Assembly (NCBI RefSeq): GCF_018350175.1
Contig: NC_058369.1
Location: forward strand, 11,842,001-11,906,000
DNA length: 64,000 nucleotides
Direction of reading: 5' to 3'
Origin: Felis catus
Taxonomy: Eukaryota
Each line of letters opens with the position of its first letter. Positions within the stretch are counted from its first letter, which is position 1. The position numbers and the translations under genes are program-made. The notes beneath the pieces are model-generated. The model saw nothing but the letters and a program-made list of their open reading frames with translations, ran no database searches and had not been told where the DNA came from. Of the stretch, positions 59,692 through 64,000 are shown one piece after another.

Positions 59692-60418
59692 TAACACTTA
59701 AGACCGAATGGGTGAGTTCTTCCCACAACAATGAACAATTCTTCAGCTTCCCAGACACCAACCTGCAGTCCCATAATTCAGTTCACTTCTGACACGAACT
59801 ATCTGGAGATGCCAGTGACAAGTTTTCAGTGTTCAGGGTACCTGCACTTTTGTGTGATGGGACTTCACAGTTGGGGTTTCTAAATTCCCCCCTTTCATTT
59901 TGGATACTTTGCTGGAATGACTCACAGAAATCAGGAAAATGCAACACTTACTCTTCCCAGTTTACTATAAAAGACACAAGTCAGGAACAGCCAGGTGAAA
60001 CAGGTGCATCAGGCAAGGTGTGGAGAAAGGACCGAGGACCTTCCATGCCCTCTCCAGACACACCACCCTCCTAGCACCTCCACATGCTCACAAATGGGAA
60101 GGTCTCTGATTCCCATTGCTTAGGGAGTTTTTGTGGAGGTTTGATTACACAGACATGATTGGTTAAATCATTGGTCCTTGGAGATTGAATATCAATCCAT
60201 AGCCCCTCTCCCCACCTGGAAGTCCCAGCTCTCTGATCTCACCTTGGCCGTTCAGGGGAGCAGCCTCCTTCCTAGACTATCCAGGAGCCCCCAACCACCA
60301 CGCATCTCCTTAGCATGCAAAATCCAGTATCATCACTCCTGAGACAAGGGCTTTAGGAGCTGTGTGTCATGAAGTGGACAAAGACCAAATGTGTTATTAT
60401 AGGCCAAGGATGCACATA
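59692..60418 (-). mobile_element. MER21-like solo LTR (inverted duplicate)
   Basis: Reverse complement near-identical to 14925-15650. Confidence 0.75.
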
Positions 60419-60559
60419 CTAATGGAGATGTTCTGGCTTGGATCACCAGGACAACAGGGATAGGGTAGAACTTGACCAGTGGGGGGAGGTGGGGCTATCC
60501 AGTGTGACCAGGAGACACTGAAAACTTCTATTGACCAAAGGAAATCAGTCCCCAAGACC

Positions 60560-61305
60560 CAGCTCTAACTTACCCTTATTCTGGGACACCCTCCAGCTGC
60601 CCTGACCCCAGAGCAGAGCTCTGGATTCCCACTGTGGGCCGCACCAGCTCCTGCCTTCCCTCTGACCCTTCTCTGACCTTAAGGTATCTACTCGAGCCCT
60701 GTTTCCCCCAAGACTGGGAGCTCCTAGTCCTCAGCAGGGACTGGGGCTTTCAGGGCAGACAGAGACAGCAGGGAGTCTTGGTTGTGTTGGGGAGTCCAGG
60801 ATGCCCACGTGTACTTCTGCCCATCTCTTTCTGTGTCTGCCCACCCCGCCAGCCCTCAGCAGCCTGCTTCCCTCACAGCAGCCAGAGGGGCTCCCTACAA
60901 ACAGGAATCTGACCATGTTTCTTGGGCTTAAGACGTGCCTGTTGGTATAATCACTTTGGAAAACATTTGGCAGAATCTATTCAAGATGAACATAGGTACT
61001 CCCTATGATTTGGCATTTACACTGCTAAATAGAGGCTAAATAGAGGAGTAGAGGCTGCAAGTCCCCAGAGGCCCTCTGATGATTCTCTTGGCCGCTCCAG
61101 ACCCTGAGGGCAGCCCTTCCCAGTTGGCATCCTGGGGAGCCCTGGGGAGCAGCGTGCTGGGAAGCTACAGCAGGGATAAAGCACAGAGAATCAGTTCCAG
61201 GAGCCCAGAAGTCTGGCCCCACACCTGCCCTTGTGTGCTGCTGATAGAATAAGCAGCCCTGCTGGCTGCTTCCTGGAAGAGGGAGACAGGAGGGACAGGG
61301 TAGGT
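60560..61305 (+). promoter_or_regulatory. Putative OR10H promoter + exon 1 (copy 6, rearranged; target gene predicted right of the window)
   Basis: Two CCTGGGGAG sites 61131-61150, GATAAA 61175-61180, donor 61300-61305; homeodomain site mutated (AACTTA 60567); interrupted by an inverted insert at 60793-61025. Confidence 0.5.
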
Positions 61306-61480
61306 GGCAATAGTGGGACACTTGTTGGGAGCAAGGTCCAGACAAGGGATGGGGACAGGTCCTGGGAGAAGGGTGGTAAGACAGGCTCTTACCCTTGGAC
61401 AGCTGCTGAAAGTCTTCTCAGGTACCTGTTATGGGTCCTGGGTTATTTACCCAGCCTAGTGCCTTTTGTAGCTTCTAGGT

Positions 61481-61703
61481 CAGTGGTCCTTAGCCCAGGG
61501 TAATTCTACCCCACAGGAGACATGTGGGCATGTCTGGAGACATTTTTTTATTGTCATGACTCATGATTGGTGGGGATGCTACTGAAATCTGATGGGTTGA
61601 GACTAGAGATTCTGTTAAATGTTATATAATGCACAGGACAGCCGCCACCCCAGAGAATGATCCTGGTCCCAAATCCCACACGTACTGAGGTTCAGAAACC
61701 TTG
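61481..61703 (-). mobile_element. MER20 (inverted duplicate)
   Basis: Reverse complement of 40845-41066. Confidence 0.75.
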
Positions 61704-64000
61704 CGTCAGGTATGTGTCTTGCCTTGGCCATTGTATCCTGGGTTGGCTGAAGGTGGCCTTTGCTAACCTGGAGGTGATCCTTGAGGGGAGGCAGAGAGGT
61801 TGAGCTGGATTCACTCCTGGATGCAGGTGTGTGACATGAGCTCAGCACCTGTGGGTGAGCCAACCTCTGTGAGACCAGAGTAGATGAACTCTCTCCTGCA
61901 CCTGTCGGAGGAGATGGGGGAGCCCAGCCCGGCGAACTGCAGCCACTCCACCAAGTGGCAGGTGGGAAGGCAGACTGTAGGGTGAGGCAGGGGCCAGGCG
62001 AGGGGGTGGAGGTTGGACAAGACCCTAATGGAGCTGTGTTTTCAGGTCAACAGAGATCCTAAGGGCCCCAGTGGGGAGACCATGAGTTTATAATGTGACC
62101 AACTGGTGCATCTGGTACAGACTGATGACAAGAAAGCAGCTCAGAGGACAAGGAAAGATATCAGCATCAGGGATAACCCCCCATGTTAGGTAAACATGGA
62201 GCCCTTTCCATGAATCCTCTGGACCTTCTGAAGATAGTTGTCTGCTTACTCCCATTTTTCAGTTGGGGAGAGGAGGCTCTGGGCTAGAACGTTCTTTCTC
62301 AGACAAACATACCAAAGCTGGGGCTTGAACCCTGGCCCTGATGACTGCACACCTGGGGTGCGTTTCAGACAGTTCTCTCTGGAAGCCAGAGTGCAGTGGG
62401 AGCAGAGGAGGGGCCTGGGGCAGTGAGCAGTGCAGGGAGGGAGGTGGAGCCATGCAGATGGATAGGAGCAGAGCACACAGACAGCTATTTAGCAGGGGGA
62501 GAGGGTGCTGAGTGATGGGGGTTGAGGCACAGAAGGGGGCTGACACGGGTGTCTCGGTTCCTGGTCTGGGGAGGGGGGAAGGCTGCATGGTCAGAAGGCT
62601 TTATTTCCAGCTCACCAGCCCAGCCTTCCTCACTCCGGGAAAGTCCCTCCCTGTCCTGCTGGTTCCATGTCCTCTAGGCTCCAGGCTGACCCCTATTGTG
62701 GGGGATCCTTCGGAACAACACATCAGTAAGACCAGGGGGTGCAATTATGGCTGGGTTCTGCCCCAGAGCCGAGAGTTTCAGGAGCTGTGGGCGACATCGA
62801 GGCTCAAGTTATTCATAAAAACATTTTTGTTTTGTTTTATGGTGGACGTCAGGTGCAGAAGTTTGAGTCAATGACGTTTCTGGGTCGCTGCGCTTGACAA
62901 GCATTGGTTTTCATCACGTCCTTCTCTTATTTTGCTCACGTTCCCTTTCGACCACCTGTTCCCTCCAGTGTCAACAACCCTTCTCCCATACTAAAGGTAT
63001 GCACTTTGATTTGCATGTGCTCTTGTACATGCGTACTGTCTTCTCTGTGAATATATGTGCTGTGAATTATTTGTATCCTTTTAAATTTCATAGAAAAATT
63101 TTTACTTTTTGATTTTATAGAAAAATTATAAGTTTGCAGGAAAACACATACTTCCTCTCTCCCTCACACGGTTTCCTCTTTTACCTCTTGGAATAGTGTA
63201 TTTGTTCCTGTTGGTGAGCCAATATGGCTACATTATTACTAACTAGAGCCCACGGGATACATTAGGGTTCACTGTCTGTGTCGTGGGTTCTGTGGATTCT
63301 GACAGATGCATAATGGCATGTATCCACCGTTACAGCATCCTACAGAATAGTGTCAGCTGCTTTATTTTTAATATGCCGAAAGGTTATTATGCTGGAGTGT
63401 TCGTCTGCTTTTTGCTTCATTCATTCAACACATTTTATGGGTTCATTTATGCTGCTGTGCGTGCATCAAACTCCTGTCTGGGGCGGCAGGGTTTGCATCC
63501 AGCCCACAGGTTCTGCCCCCTTCCAAAGAATGGACAAGCAGGCTTTCCAGTTCCCCACTAAAAGCAATGCTACAGAAACACCCTCTGACATGCTCGCCTG
63601 TAAATGCCTTTGAGCAATCGCGATAGATGTTCAGGAGCACATGTGCTGGGGCACAGAGTGCGTGCACTCCTCATTTCCACTAATCTGCGCTCTCACAGGC
63701 TGTACACGAGGGTTGTGTTCTCCCCAAAACTGATCAACACCAGGGAGTTTCTAACTTGGGGCACTGAATAGATATACACTGAATTTCCATTTTATTTCCC
63801 TTCCTTTGTCTCTCTGTCCCTCTCTCTTTTTTTATTAGCATGTTTTTATTGGCTCTTACTACACCCTCTGTGACCTATCTCCTCATACCTTTGCTACATT
63901 CTGTTTTATCCCTTGCTCATTTCTGTATCAAGCTTTCTGCTTCTTGTACACGTAACCGGTCTCTTGTTAATTCTAGATCATATTCCCCAGTCCTTTTTTG

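Larger units (their letters stand above)
48510..64000. repeat. Right arm of large inverted segmental duplication
   Basis: For example 62090-64000 = rc 12150-14085, 59280-60790 = rc 14555-16050, 54780-57370 = rc 19260-21710, 48515-48575 = rc 29140-29200. Confidence 0.85.

Noticed and set aside
1-64000. CRISPR arrays, rRNA or prokaryotic systems
   Set aside because: No regularly spaced repeats or rRNA motifs; the sequence is clearly mammalian.

Overview
Mammalian genomic DNA, almost certainly a cat-family (felid) assembly: it is dense in SINEC/Can-SINE tRNA-derived SINEs and carnivore L1, and has three N-gaps. The window is part of an olfactory receptor cluster of the OR10H3/OR10H4 type. There are four full-length, near-identical 316-codon OR reading frames: 7435-8385 (-), 26080-27030 (+), 36231-37181 (-) and 50575-51525 (-), the last starting with GTG instead of ATG. 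There are also three 5'-truncated OR pseudogenes that share one truncation point. A GC-rich non-transposon module occurs six times. It carries O/E-like sites, a homeodomain TAAT site, GATAAA and an invariant splice donor. It lies 4-6 kb upstream of each intact OR in the same orientation and is inferred to be the promoter plus non-coding exon 1; two orphan copies predict further OR genes just outside each window edge. The region is built from segmental duplications: ~12-29 kb is an inverted mirror of ~48.5-64 kb, and ~33.5-48 kb is a tandem copy of ~49-59 kb, with patchy gene conversion. Other notable events are an L1 3' transduction, a twin-primed L1 that splits a chimeric OR pseudogene, a Tigger-like transposon nested in a carnivore L1, a SINE fold-back and a template-switch junction. 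All alignments and identities were judged by eye, and repeat family names are from recall of consensus sequences.
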